Below are positions 1 to 10,600 of a stretch of 64,000 nucleotides of DNA, in pieces. How positions within the stretch are numbered: the stretch's first letter is position 1; each line of letters starts with the position of its first letter. Below the pieces are notes generated by a model. The model was not told the DNA's origin. It did no database searches and saw nothing but the letters and a program-made list of their open reading frames with translations. The position numbers and the translations under genes are program-made. Source of the DNA: Vicugna vicugna (lineage: Eukaryota); contig MU058423.1 of NCBI GenBank assembly GCA_013265495.1, positions 8,789,627 to 8,853,626 on the forward strand. The letters run 5' to 3'.

Positions 1-343
1 ACTTCTGACCTATGAGATGGGAGAAGTCTTTGCGGGAGCTTCTCAGACTTTCCTCTCTTACGAAAAAGAGAGACAAGACAGGGTTCTTCTCTTGTGGGTG
101 CCGTCTTGTGGTCATAGCATCTGGGAACCATCACACAAGAACACTGAGGATGTTGGAGCAGAAGGATGCAAAGAACCTGGGCACTTGATGACATCAAGAT
201 GCTGCTGAACAAATTCTGGAAGCATTTACCTGCTGTTTTCCTGCAGACTTCTCGACTGTGTGATGGTGAAATGTCATCACTGTTTAAGCCATTGTTAGCT
301 AGGTAGTCTATTACCGGTAGGTGAACACATCCTAATTGTTACA
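1..343 (+). mobile_element. MaLR LTR remnant (MLT1J-like), 3' part
   Basis: MLT1-type motifs 'ggagcagaaggatgcaaagaacctgggcacttgatgacatc' and 'tgtttaagccattgttagctaggtagtctatt...catcctaattgttaca', ending in CA. Family recalled, not searched. Confidence 0.55.
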
Positions 344-1871
344 AGCCCTCAGCCCCTCTTTATAACGTCTTTCTTCAGCTTACACTTTTCAAATATAGCG
401 AGTGTGTGTATACTCACACACGCACATAAACATATGTCCATATATATTTTCTGGCTGTAATTATGTACAGTTTAATATACAGGGGAAAAGGTTTTTAGAA
501 GTAGATGAGTACAGTATTATGCTAAGAGTAGTAATGAATGAAATAATTTCTCCTATGCTTCTATATTTTATAAATTTTCCATAAAATAGACATTAATCTT
601 CAGATATAAAAACACACTTTAATTTCAAGAAATAACACTTTCCTAAGGCCAAGTTTTTTTTTTGAAATTCAATATGCTGACATTTCATAGAATTTTCATT
701 TTGCTAAAAACAGTATCTACTACAGTATTACTATACAAAGGATGCTACACATTTATCTACTAGCTGAGAATAGAAAAATGGGAAATGGGCCTAATTTATG
801 CCAGGAAAGACTAAAAACTAAAGAACTTTCTGATAAAAATAGCAGGGGGTTGGGCTGAATGATCTCCAGGTCTGCCGTCCAGTAACCTGACAAGAAGAAG
901 TAAAGACATTCCCACAGTTACTTCTCCCGGGATTTTAGCAAAATTGCATGGCCATCAATTAGCAATGTGTATGGCTTTTAGAAATTAAAAATACACAGCT
1001 TTACCACGCAAGGTCCTGAGAAAAAAGTGTGTGTGGAATTACTTAATATATGTTTAGTAATTTGACCTTGAATTTCAAGAAGTAATTAGGACTGAAACTT
1101 CTTTTTGTTGCTTTTGTCAATGTGAACAGAGCTTGGATAACAGGCATGTAAATTTCTCCCAAATGCCAGCACTGACTGCATATGATTTACACACAAAGCT
1201 CATAGTCCCATATATTATTATTCTGGCAAGATACGAGTTGGAAGATAGGATTTATTCTTGGTTACTTCATTAAGAGAAAAATATACATGCAAGGAAAAGA
1301 CTGAATCTTTTTTCTTTCAAAATTACTGTCTTCAACTGTAAACATATATTAATTATTTAGTATATTTCAGGTTCAGGTAACTGGTTACTTAAAGATAAAA
1401 GGCAATATTTGCTCTAAAAGAAAAAGAAGACATGAAAAATAAACCAAAAAATCTTTCCTATCTAGTTTTGAAGATCTCACACACACAAGACAGTAAGATA
1501 ATAAGACAAAGATAATACAAGGGAATGTGTGGTAAGGACAAAGTGGTGCAGGAGTTCTGTAGGGGGAGAGCTCAGGGCTAGGGGAGCTCTGATGATGGGG
1601 GAGAAACTAGCGAGCCTTCCTGGGAGGAAGGATGAGGGTTGGGTAAGTGACCAGATGGGAGGAGACTCCAGGAAGGTCCTTGAATGAACAAGACTCAGAC
1701 ACAGAACATGGGCCATGTTTAGAAGGCAGCGTAGAGACCAACTAGGCTATAGAGAAGGACGCAAGTAGGGGAGAGAAAGATGGGGGAGTTAGCGAGTGGT
1801 CACATCATGCAGGGAATTCCACACCTGACCAAAAACTCTGATCTTATCCTCCAGTACAGTGGTTACCATCC

Positions 1872-1950
1872 CACTCTGGAATCAGACAAAGAAGAAAGGT
1901 TCGAATCCCAGCTCCTCCCTTTAAGTTGCTACATGACCTTGGGCACATTA
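1872..1950 (+). mobile_element. MIR fragment, interrupted by a younger SINE
   Basis: 'ctctggaatcagac...ggttcgaatcccagctc...atgaccttgggca' matches the MIR core. Confidence 0.6.
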
Positions 1951-1959
1951 ATTTTCTTT

Positions 1960-2100
1960 TTTCTAAAAACTTATGTATTTATCTATAGGGGGGTAGTTAT
2001 TAGGTTTATTTATTTGTTTCTTGATGGAGGTAGTGGGAACTGACCAGGACACTGCGCATGCTAAGCAGGCACTCTACCACTGAGCTACACCCTCCTCCCT
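1960..2100 (-). mobile_element. Camelid-type tRNA-derived SINE (vic-1-like)
   Basis: The minus strand reads 'ggagggtgtagctcagtggtagagtgcctgcttagcatgcgca...' followed by an A-rich tail with 'aaataaacctaat'. Same family as the four other copies. Confidence 0.8.
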
Positions 2101-2229
2101 GATTTTCTTTCTTTACTTTTTTCCTTCCTTCTTTCCTTCTTTCTTTCTTCCTTCCTCCCTTCCTCCCTTCCTTTCTACACCCCCCTCCCTCTCTTTTTTC
2201 TTTCTTCTTTCTTTCTTTTTTTCCTTCTT
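2101..2229. repeat. CT-rich low-complexity polypyrimidine tract
   Basis: About 130 nt of almost only C and T (ttcc/ttct units). Confidence 0.9.
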
Positions 2230-2404
2230 AATGAGTTTGGCTTCACTTTGTTTAAGCTTTTCATTATGAAAATTTCAAAGATACACACAAGTAAAGAGAA
2301 CTGAGCAGCACACGCACATACCCATCAGTCCCCTTCCATAACCTTCGCCTTCTGACCTCTCTTGTTTCATCGACCCCGCCCCACTCCCTCCCCACCATCC
2401 TCCT

Positions 2405-3160
2405 TACCTGCAGCATTGGGTCTGACGTGATTAAGCGTCTGGGGAACCCCCACGTGTGGCACCTGTTTAAGGAGTCCCTGCAGGTGGGAGGAGCTAGGGA
2501 AGGATACCTGAGGAGGACCCATGTGAAAGCAATACTGCCCTTAGGCTCGAGATACCGGGTCTCGTGCTTGAAGGGGTCTGCTCCTACCCTCCTCCGGCCC
2601 CTCCCCTCCCCACATGGAAAGAAGTCCCAGGGAAACGTGCCCACCGGGAGCCTGCACCTCAGCAAGTGCACTGCCTAAATGCCTCAAGGTCACTTGTAGG
2701 ACATGCTCTACCCCCTGTATGTGCACCCCTAGATCCTAGAGGTGGGCGAGTGGGCTGGTTGAGAGACGGATGTGTGCAGAGCTCCGCTCTATGGGCTGAG
2801 TCGGCGCCCCCATGCGGAGGCCCCTCAGCGAACTGACAGCGAGAAGAGAGGCAGCAGGAAAGAGTTCCCCTGCTCGTGTTCCTGCAGACCAAGAGCCCCT
2901 TGAAGCCCCATGCTTGCCCCACACCCCACAGACAGTAAGGGCAGGCCTCTGAGAGTGGGAGACACCACCATTCCCCTCAAGGTTCTTGAGTTTAAACTCA
3001 TGCAACTGATGCCCTCCCTCGAGTCAGCGCCTAGGCCCGCCAGAGAACTGAGTCGTATCTGCGTCTTCGTGAGAATGGAATAAAGGTTACACGTGAAATA
3101 GTGAAGTCGGTCAAGACGGCTGTCATCAGAAGAGCAGAGATGCACTGAACCACGAGGCCC
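2405..3160 (+). mobile_element. Possible ERV LTR remnant
   Basis: GC-richer block of LTR-like length with AATAAA near 3078. The overlapping ORFs have no recognisable product and I could not identify the family. Confidence 0.3.
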
Positions 3161-4149
3161 GAGCGGACCAACATTTCTCTGTGAGCAGCTCTTCTCAAGG
3201 GCTTTCTCAGTCAGAGAGTTAAAGCCCTGCAGCGGTTAAAACAAACACCGCCTGTGGATGCCTCAGTACAAACCAGAGTTACTGTCCACGCACACACTTC
3301 ATTTTGGAAGGAGAGAAGGGCTGGGGGGAATACTATCACAGCCGAGAATTTAGCCATTAAAGGGGCGAGGGCAGGGGCTGGGGGTGAGCTACGTGTCTTA
3401 CCAGGCACATCCCTAAAGGAAAATAGGAGAAAAGGCGAAGCAGGGCAGCCCACAACAGCAATTAGGATTTTTTTTATTCCTGAGTGGATAATATGCACTT
3501 TCATTTAAAAAGGAACACAATCTTCATTACCTTAATTTGTAAAAGCGGTGACTCCCAACACTCCCAGCTTTCGCCCGAGTAAGGCATTTTTAGACACATC
3601 ATTGCTACTTGGAAATTAAAAGTGAATCAGTCCTGTGGAGTTAATTACTGGTAAATGCAACCTGAAGTAGGTCTCCCACATGGCGCTGAGCCACCACGAG
3701 GAGGTTCTCAGCGTTAGCCGGAAACCCTGCGAGATACCAGGCACTTGAAAAGCTAAAGTTTACATGCTTGGCAAGTGTTTATAGGAACTGGGGGGAAAAT
3801 TGTAGCATCCACAGTAAAGAACAAGGACAAAGGCTTAATTAAAAGAAGAGCTTTTTGATAGAGATTTAGACAAGTGTCCTCCAAAAACAGGCGATCTTCT
3901 GCTCTCTGTTGTTACCGTGTATTTCCCAAATCAACTATACTTACAGAAAGGACATTGTATCTATTTCTTTTTAATGCTGACATACTTATAAAAGGTAGAA
4001 ATAATTTTAGAAACTAAAAGTAAAACTCAATAAAGACGGAGCAAAGAAGACACTTTCATTCCCAGGGCTTTGGGATACAGTGCCATCTGTCATCGCGTTC
4101 TCCAGGAGGTATGCGAGAAGACCAGAGACAGAAGAAAAAAACTCAGAGG

Positions 4150-6064
4150 AATAGTTGTCTGAACTTTAATTAAGTATTTGAATCAAGAAAAATGGGAACA
4201 GATGAAACCTTAGGAAGAGAGAAATGGTGCATGCACAAAGGGGAGAGATTAATAAGATGACTGCTGATCTACTGGTGCTGAACGTAATTGTTTTGTTTTG
4301 TTTTTCTACAAACACGTCAATGTTTCCTGCAAGTCTCGTAATTATTCAGATGCACAAATGTTCCCACGGTCTTGGCTTACAGGAGGGCAACAACGCAAGC
4401 TGTTCTCATTCCTGAATTACACAGGTAAGCAAGGCTGTTCGGCCCCGGATTTGATGTCGTTAGCAGTCAGAATTGCTGATAGATGATTATTTCATTACTT
4501 TACTCCCACTTTCGTTTTAGAAAGTGATTTCACACAATTCTGCACTTTAAATAGTTCTAAATAAATTTAGGAAACTAAAGAGGAAAAGGACACACCTCAA
4601 ATCATACATTTTAGAACAGATTCCTACTTGAACTGTTCCTTTTACGTAACTGAGTTTATAACACCTTGAAGAGATACGATATCCATGTTAAGTGTCATGG
4701 TAATACATAGGAACTACATTAAAAACAGAGCTACCTTCTAACGTGTGGCTTGTCTAAACCCTGAAAGAGCACAGATGGCTTTGCAGAGCCAAACCATATC
4801 ATTGATCCGTCTTGACTGTGGTTCCATTTGCAAGATAAAGTCCCACCTGGGAGTTTTCTCATAAATTGGGTCAAGACAAGAAGAACTCTAGGTGGCCAGA
4901 GATGTCTCTGTGTCTCTTTTCAAATATTTGAAGGCCACTTCTCCTGGTGTCTGGAAGAAGTAAAAATGTCCTTGTCGAATGGGTATTGCTTTAGTATACC
5001 ACATGCCCAGTAAGTTGTAGCATCTAAGAGCATGCAATAGAGGTTAATGTTAGCTATGCAGTCATGGTGTATTCGTGTTTGATTATATCATGTGCACTGA
5101 GATATTTTAAATGTCAAAGAGAAAACAGGAGTTATTCTCCTTAGCAACCATTATAGTACAGAATGTTCACAGCTGCAATCACACTCATAAGGCAAGGGAA
5201 GTGACGACAAAATGAGGGTAGCAACAAGTGTGCATGCTACTGAAAACCTGAAACTGGTACCTAAAATAGATCGACCCCCTTACTTCTTCCACAATTCCAC
5301 TGCTGGCTCAGACCATCAATCAGCACAATGGAAATTTGTCCCTTTAACCCTCGATGCCAATTTTCAGTCTTGGTGCCAAAAAGGGGTGTAAAATAATAAA
5401 TCTGGGATTTTATTTTTCTCACTGGCTAAGATTCAGTTTCATTCAGGAACGATTGTACTTTTATAAAATCCCCTTTTAAGAATAAAGGACGTGAGGTCTT
5501 ACTAGTAACATACTGGTGTGCACATCTGCGGCTCCATTCTTCAGGCGACAAGGCTAAACTTGTAACAGAAGCATCATCAAAGACAGGTTAATTTCTAAAA
5601 CGCTTCACAAATATTATTTCCTTCATCACTATTACTTCCTTTGGCGCATGCACACTCAAGGGCCTTCGCATATCTTATAAGACGATGAAAGTGGAAATGG
5701 TAATCGTGTTATCGAAGCTGTTTTTCCAAAACAGTGTTGAAATGAATTAACCGGTTCTTTCAAAATGTCGGTATGCAAGTTCTTGAAGTTTCCGGTGTTC
5801 TGACTTTAGGATTTCTCTAAAACACGGAAACAAAGGGCAAAAATCAGGTGGCGGCCGATAATGTCCTCGCGGACACCTTGCAGGCATAAAACCTTGGTTC
5901 GGGTCTCTTCCTGGGTCGAGGCGAAATCTTCGCACAGATTTATTACCGGTCTTCGCCCACAGGAGTCTCCTCTCAGGCAGGGGATACTTTACAAGGCCCG
6001 GAGGCGGTGGTGACCAGCGGCGTTGGAAGCCGGGACTCTCCGCTTCCCGCGCGCCCTGGCCGCG
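4150..6064 (-). other. GPR88: GPR88 3' UTR (extent inferred)
   Basis: Lies downstream of the TGA. Minus-strand poly(A) hexamers: AATAAA at 5939-5944 and 5409-5414, ATTAAA at 4165-4170. The last fits the roughly 3.9-kb gene span I recall for human. Confidence 0.55.
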
Positions 6065-7216
6065 TCACCAGTGCTGGCCGGCGGCGCGGGTGCCCAGCTG
6101 CGCCTGGGACACCGCGGGCACGGCCGTGGCGGCGGCGGCGGCGGCCGCCGCGTCGCCGACGCCGGGCAGGACGGAGCGCACGGAGCGGCGGAACTCCTCG
6201 TTCCTCCACGTGTAGAGCAGCGGGTTGAGCGCCGACAGGGCGCAGCACAGGAGCCAGCTGGCCGCCTGCACGCCCCAGGGCACGGGCAGCGAGAAGCCGC
6301 TGGCCAGGCTCACCCACACCAGCGGCTGCGTGGCCAGGAGGAAGACGCAGCAGAGCAGCAGCACCGACAGGCCGCTGAGCCGCCGCTGCGCCCGGCGCGG
6401 GTGCAGCGCGGGGGGCAGCGGCTGGGCCTGCGCCGGGTGCGCGGCGCCTCCCGGGCCCGGCGCGTGCGGGGCGCCCGGGAAGGCGGCGGCGGCGGCGGCG
6501 CAGCCGGGCAGCTGGTGCAGCAGGTGGAAGTTGAGGACGCTGACCCGCTTGACGCTGACGCGCACGCGGCGCACGATGCCCAGGTAGCAGTGCAGCAGCA
6601 GCGCCGTCTGCGCCAGCAGCGCGGCGGCGGCCAGCAGCGCCGGGTAGTGGACGCGCGGGGGCGCGGCGCCGGGCCGCGGCGCCCAGGGCGGCAGCAGCAG
6701 CACGAGGCCCAGGGCGAGCGCCCAGGACAGCGCCAGCATGCCCGCCGTGTGGCGCCGCTGGTACAGCGCCTGGTAGGTGGCGGGCGCCCGGGTGATGAGC
6801 AGGTAGCGGTTCAGGGCCACCAGGCAGTGGGACAAGAGAGACACGGTGAGCCCAAGGCCCAGCAGCCCGCCCCGCAGCAGGCGGTAGCTGCCCCCGGCGC
6901 CGTCCCAGTCCCCGGGGGGCTCCGCGGAGCCGGCCGGCAGGAGCCCGAGCACCGCCTCCTGCGGCATCCAGAGGGCGCAGACGCTGAGGTCCGCGGCGCA
7001 GCCGTTCACGATGAAGGCGTTGCTGGTCGTCTGCAGCTTCCGGAAGGACGACACGAGATAGATGACCATGCCGTTGGCCAGCGTGCCCCCGATGGCCAGG
7101 CCCGAGTACAGGAGGGACACGGGGATGCGCCGGCCCGCCCACGACTCCTCTTCCTCGCAGAGCAGCAGCAGCGATCCTCCGGTGGTGGAGGAAGTGGACG
7201 TGGAAGAGTTGGTCAT
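6065..7216 (-). CDS. GPR88: G protein-coupled receptor 88 (striatum-enriched orphan class A GPCR), 383 aa, intronless CDS
   Basis: Translation MTNSSTSTSSTTGGSLLLLCEEEESWAGRRIPVSLLYSGLAIGGTLANGMVIYLV...ALNRY...NPLLY...GTRAAGQHW is near-identical to human GPR88 as recalled. Seven hydrophobic segments, NRY in place of DRY, and NPxxY. The ATG is at 7216 with A at -3; the ORF-track start at 7225 is a TTG. Confidence 0.99.
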   Translation of the reverse strand: MTNSSTSTSSTTGGSLLLLCEEEESWAGRRIPVSLLYSGLAIGGTLANGMVIYLVSSFRKLQTTSNAFIVNGCAADLSVCALWMPQEAVLGLLPAGSAEPPGDWDGAGGSYRLLRGGLLGLGLTVSLLSHCLVALNRYLLITRAPATYQALYQRRHTAGMLALSWALALGLVLLLPPWAPRPGAAPPRVHYPALLAAAALLAQTALLLHCYLGIVRRVRVSVKRVSVLNFHLLHQLPGCAAAAAAFPGAPHAPGPGGAAHPAQAQPLPPALHPRRAQRRLSGLSVLLLCCVFLLATQPLVWVSLASGFSLPVPWGVQAASWLLCCALSALNPLLYTWRNEEFRRSVRSVLPGVGDAAAAAAAATAVPAVSQAQLGTRAAGQHW

Positions 7217-7243
7217 TCTGGCCAACTCTTCACACTTCGCTGG

Positions 7244-7273
7244 CTAGCGTCGGCCTCTGGCAGCGCGGCCCAT
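7244..7273 (-). promoter_or_regulatory. uORF MGRAARGRR*, in frame with GPR88
   Basis: GCCAGG-ATG-G context (A at -3, G at +4). TAG at 7244-7246. The ATG is 57 nt upstream of the main ATG. Confidence 0.7.
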
Positions 7274-7285
7274 CCTGGCACTCGC

Positions 7286-7531
7286 CTGCAGGGGGGACGA
7301 AGGCATCCTTTCAGCCCTCTGCCACTGACACACAAGGCTGAAGCAGGATAATGGGCTGGGGGAGGGGGAGAGAGGGAGCTCGAGGAGAACGGGGGAGGCG
7401 AATGACAGGTGCCTGCCTCGGAAATGTCTCCAGTGCCAGGAGAAGGTCGTCTTTACATTCTTTGCATTCAGCAGGTACCAGGGAAACCCTAGGACAGAGC
7501 AATACAAAGAACAGCCTCCCCTTCTCCCTCT

Positions 7532-7583
<52 letters not shown>

Positions 7584-7730
7584 GGATATTGCTAGACGAA
7601 GCCCCTAGTTTCCAGGAGAAAGCAGAGACAGCCCGTCTGGGGGAAATGCCAGGGCAAAGGGATTGAGGGTCTCTTACTTTTGATCTGGTCCTTAGCTGGT
7701 GGCAGCAGAGGGAGGGATGCCAGGAAATAC
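7286..7730 (-). other. GPR88: GPR88 5' UTR intron (445 nt)
   Basis: Donor GAG|GTATTT at 7731/7730 and acceptor ttcgtcccccctgcag|G at 7286/7285. Consistent with the two-exon structure of mammalian GPR88. Confidence 0.65.
7534..7581. repeat. (AC)24 microsatellite in the GPR88 intron
   Basis: Perfect dinucleotide run. Confidence 0.97.
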
Positions 7731-8035
7731 CTCCTCAGCATCTGTGGTCCTGAAATCAACAGGAGAAACTCAGCTGGGATGAGAGCCAGGAGCAAGTGCC
7801 TCCTTCTCCAGTGCGGCATCTGCACACATGGCCCTAGGCAGAAACCAGGAGCTGCAGGGAGACTTCTCAGCTGGCAGCAGGGCTGGAGGAAGTCAAGTGG
7901 AGGGCTGCAAACCCAGGCGGGTAGGCAGGTAGGCAGGCAGCAGCAGCGAGGATGCTTGGCTGCAAAAGCAGAAGCTGAGCTCAAGAGGAGAGCACCCTGT
8001 GCTCAGAAGCAGGAGTGGTGGCTGATGTGGTGAAC
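7731..8035 (-). other. GPR88: GPR88 untranslated exon 1 (TSS approximate)
   Basis: Bounded by the donor at 7731 and a TATA-like element about 30 nt upstream of the inferred start. Confidence 0.5.
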
Positions 8036-8060
8036 CCACTCGAAGCTCCCTCCTGCTCAG

Positions 8061-8067
8061 TTATACA
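8061..8067 (-). promoter_or_regulatory. TATA-like element of the GPR88 core promoter
   Basis: The minus strand reads TGTATAA, about 330 nt upstream of the exon-1 donor. Confidence 0.4.
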
Positions 8068-9769
8068 TCACCCGGGGAAAAGGCAGCCTTTCCACGCTTG
8101 CCATGAATTATTCAATAGCTTCTAACTTGTGAAAGGAAGAAAAATATCTTGCTCAGAAAGTCCTGTAATTAACAAGTTTCTCTGTCTTTTCTCTGTCTCT
8201 CAATCACCCTATTTTTCACCCGGCTTCATTTTTCTTTTCTTCCTTTTTTTTCCCTCCCATCAATGCTAGAATAAAATTTAATACACCCACAATATATTTC
8301 ATCCCAGTCTGATGCATTCTGGGGGCGAGATTTTTCTGAGAGATCAATATACTTCTAATATCCAGGACTGAGCTCTTCCATCCCATATTTTCAGCAAGAA
8401 TTACTTTATATTCTAACTGAAATTCATTTTTTCCTTGATAAGGTGAGACATAGATAATTATCCACAGAAAATCACCAAGTCTCAATTTAAATCTTAAAGT
8501 CAACTTTTTTCTCCTCACCAAACTCCTTTCTAGAGTGTGGCTTCTGTTTCAGTAATGAATTAGTTAGAAGGTAAAAATGAAATGGTCTGAAATCTACATA
8601 CAAGTGGGTGTCTGGGAGAAAGCAGGGGGCCTGAATGATCCATCCACAGTGCAAATGACAAAGTTATTTCTTCCCTGCAGAACTTTTCATCTTGTGCTCT
8701 GTCTTAGGTAGAGATTTGCAGTCTGATGTTGGAATCTTCTACTTGGGAAATTTTTCATGAACATCATCATCCCCCGTAAATCATTTCTCACTGGGAAAAT
8801 CATTTATTTGAAAATTGAACTCAATATGGAATATGGTAACGTGACATAATGGGAAAAAAAAGCTAGGTGGGCTTCTCACGACCTTTGGGTTCTAAGCTGA
8901 GTGTCCACCAAGTAGCCTTGTGATGGATCGTTTTCATCTTGTTAAACAAGAAGTTTCACTCAGTGACTTCCAAGGCTCTTTCTGTGGCAACTGTCTTTGA
9001 ATTCCTGTGCATAAATTTGACATTTTCCGCCCTAGTCTGACACTTGAAACATACCTACTCTATCTAACATGGAATGTAGTCTCAGGTCATGAGGCAGGAG
9101 TCTTTTCCAGTCTGTCCCTAGGGGGCTTATTCAGGATAAAGCACAAAATGCACCTCCTCTGCTTCCCTCCATCTCTTTCAAAAACAGTGTCAGTTAGTGA
9201 CGGTAACTCTGGTGGGGGCAGGGTGGCATCTAAATGGAATTAGCTGAGTTGGGGGATTGCCAGTGTTTTTTATCTGTTACTTGTCTTTGTTGAGGCTTTG
9301 AGTATATCAAACACCACAAGGCTGCAAGAGAGTTCTCTAATCATTTACAGTTAAAACTTGTCATAATAAAAATTTCCTCTCACATGGTGGTGGAGGGGGG
9401 CGGTGGGTGTTCAGATTCCAGGTCCTGGGTCCCCGCTGCTGCCTTACTTGGGAATGAGTGAAGTCCTTGCTGGGGGACTCCTGTGCCTTGCAGTCACACA
9501 CACTTCTGCCAAGGCCCTGCCTGCTTTAGCCCTGGCCTGGCAGCAGCCAAGTTTTTGTTTGGGGATTTGTTATTATTTTAAGCTACTGAACTTACATAAT
9601 GTAAGATGAGGATTTTTTTTTCCATCTTATTCTTAGCATCAGAACAGTACTCAGTTATAATTAATATACTTGTTATTGAGTCAATGAATGGATGAGTGTA
9701 TAAATGATTTCACTTTTTTTCCATGATGAAACACTAAATGATTTTGATTATTATCTCTTTCCTCCTACC

Positions 9770-10600
9770 CCTGCAGGCACTTGCTCTGTGAACTCCCCCT
9801 TCTGATGCGTCTCCAGTCTCTCTCCTCTCCACTGCTTACTCTCTATTGGTTTTACAGTGGTGCCGACTCCACTACATCCAGTAACGTCTCTCTGCACTTC
9901 ACCTCCTTCTCAAGGTGCCTGCACAGCTTGCTCCCTTTCCTGGCAAAAGTGCTTGCTCTCTGCTTCTGCTTCCTTTACTCTCATGGAATGCCCAGCCCAC
10001 CCTGCTTTTGGCTCTCACGACGGAGACAATTTCCAACTGGCCAAAAGTCTACTTGTATATGAAACTGCCTCCTGGGCATGTCCATGTCCATGGGCTTCTC
10101 AAACAGATCCCCTAATCTCCTTTCCAGATCAGTCCGTCCTTCTCCTGTGTTCTAAATCTCAGTGACCAGCATCACCAATATCCTGGTGCCTAAATCAGAA
10201 TCTGAGCTAGGATCCTTAACTCCTTCTTTTCTATCTTCCTCCCAATATCCACCAGTCACCAAGTGTCAGCATTCTCCCCACATTTCTTTTTTAAAATCTT
10301 TTCACTGATCTTTATCTACCCTGCCACTATCTGGCATCAGACAACCATTGTCTTCTTTAAATTATCGCAACAGGCTCTTTACTTGCAGTCTTACCTCCTG
10401 CCAGCGAGATGATCTTTCTAAAACCAAAAGACATTCTTTGTCATACTAGATATTTTTATCTGTTTCCCATCCTCCACTCTAATATACATTCCTTGGAAAT
10501 GCGAGCTTTACTGTGTCCACTACTATTGTTGGCAGCTCCCAAGAATGATGCCAGGCAGGCACATAGTAGACCCTCAATCAATATTTATAGGGAAAAATAG
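9770..10600 (+). mobile_element. L2 LINE remnants
   Basis: Pyrimidine-rich L2 3' region, ending in 'aggcacatagtagaccctcaatcaatattta'. Confidence 0.55.

Larger units (their letters stand above)
5850..7300. promoter_or_regulatory. CpG island covering the GPR88 coding exon
   Basis: Very high GC content and dense CpG throughout, unlike the CpG-depleted flanks. Confidence 0.9.

Noticed and set aside
2264..3145. Cluster of overlapping 60-135-aa ORFs
   Set aside because: They occur on both strands in a GC-rich, LTR-like block with no protein similarity I can recognise.
5973..7142. 389-aa alternative-frame ORF on the GPR88 strand
   Set aside because: It has a GTG start, no ATG and a P/A/G/R composition. 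Stop depletion follows from the GC-rich codon usage.
7217..7225. ORF-track N-terminal extension MAR on GPR88
   Set aside because: The start codon is TTG. The recognisable protein starts at the ATG at 7216.
6023..7351. 442-aa plus-strand ORF antisense to GPR88
   Set aside because: It starts at a TTG, has no internal Met, and is low-complexity G/A/R/Q. It is the expected shadow of a CDS with extreme third-position GC.
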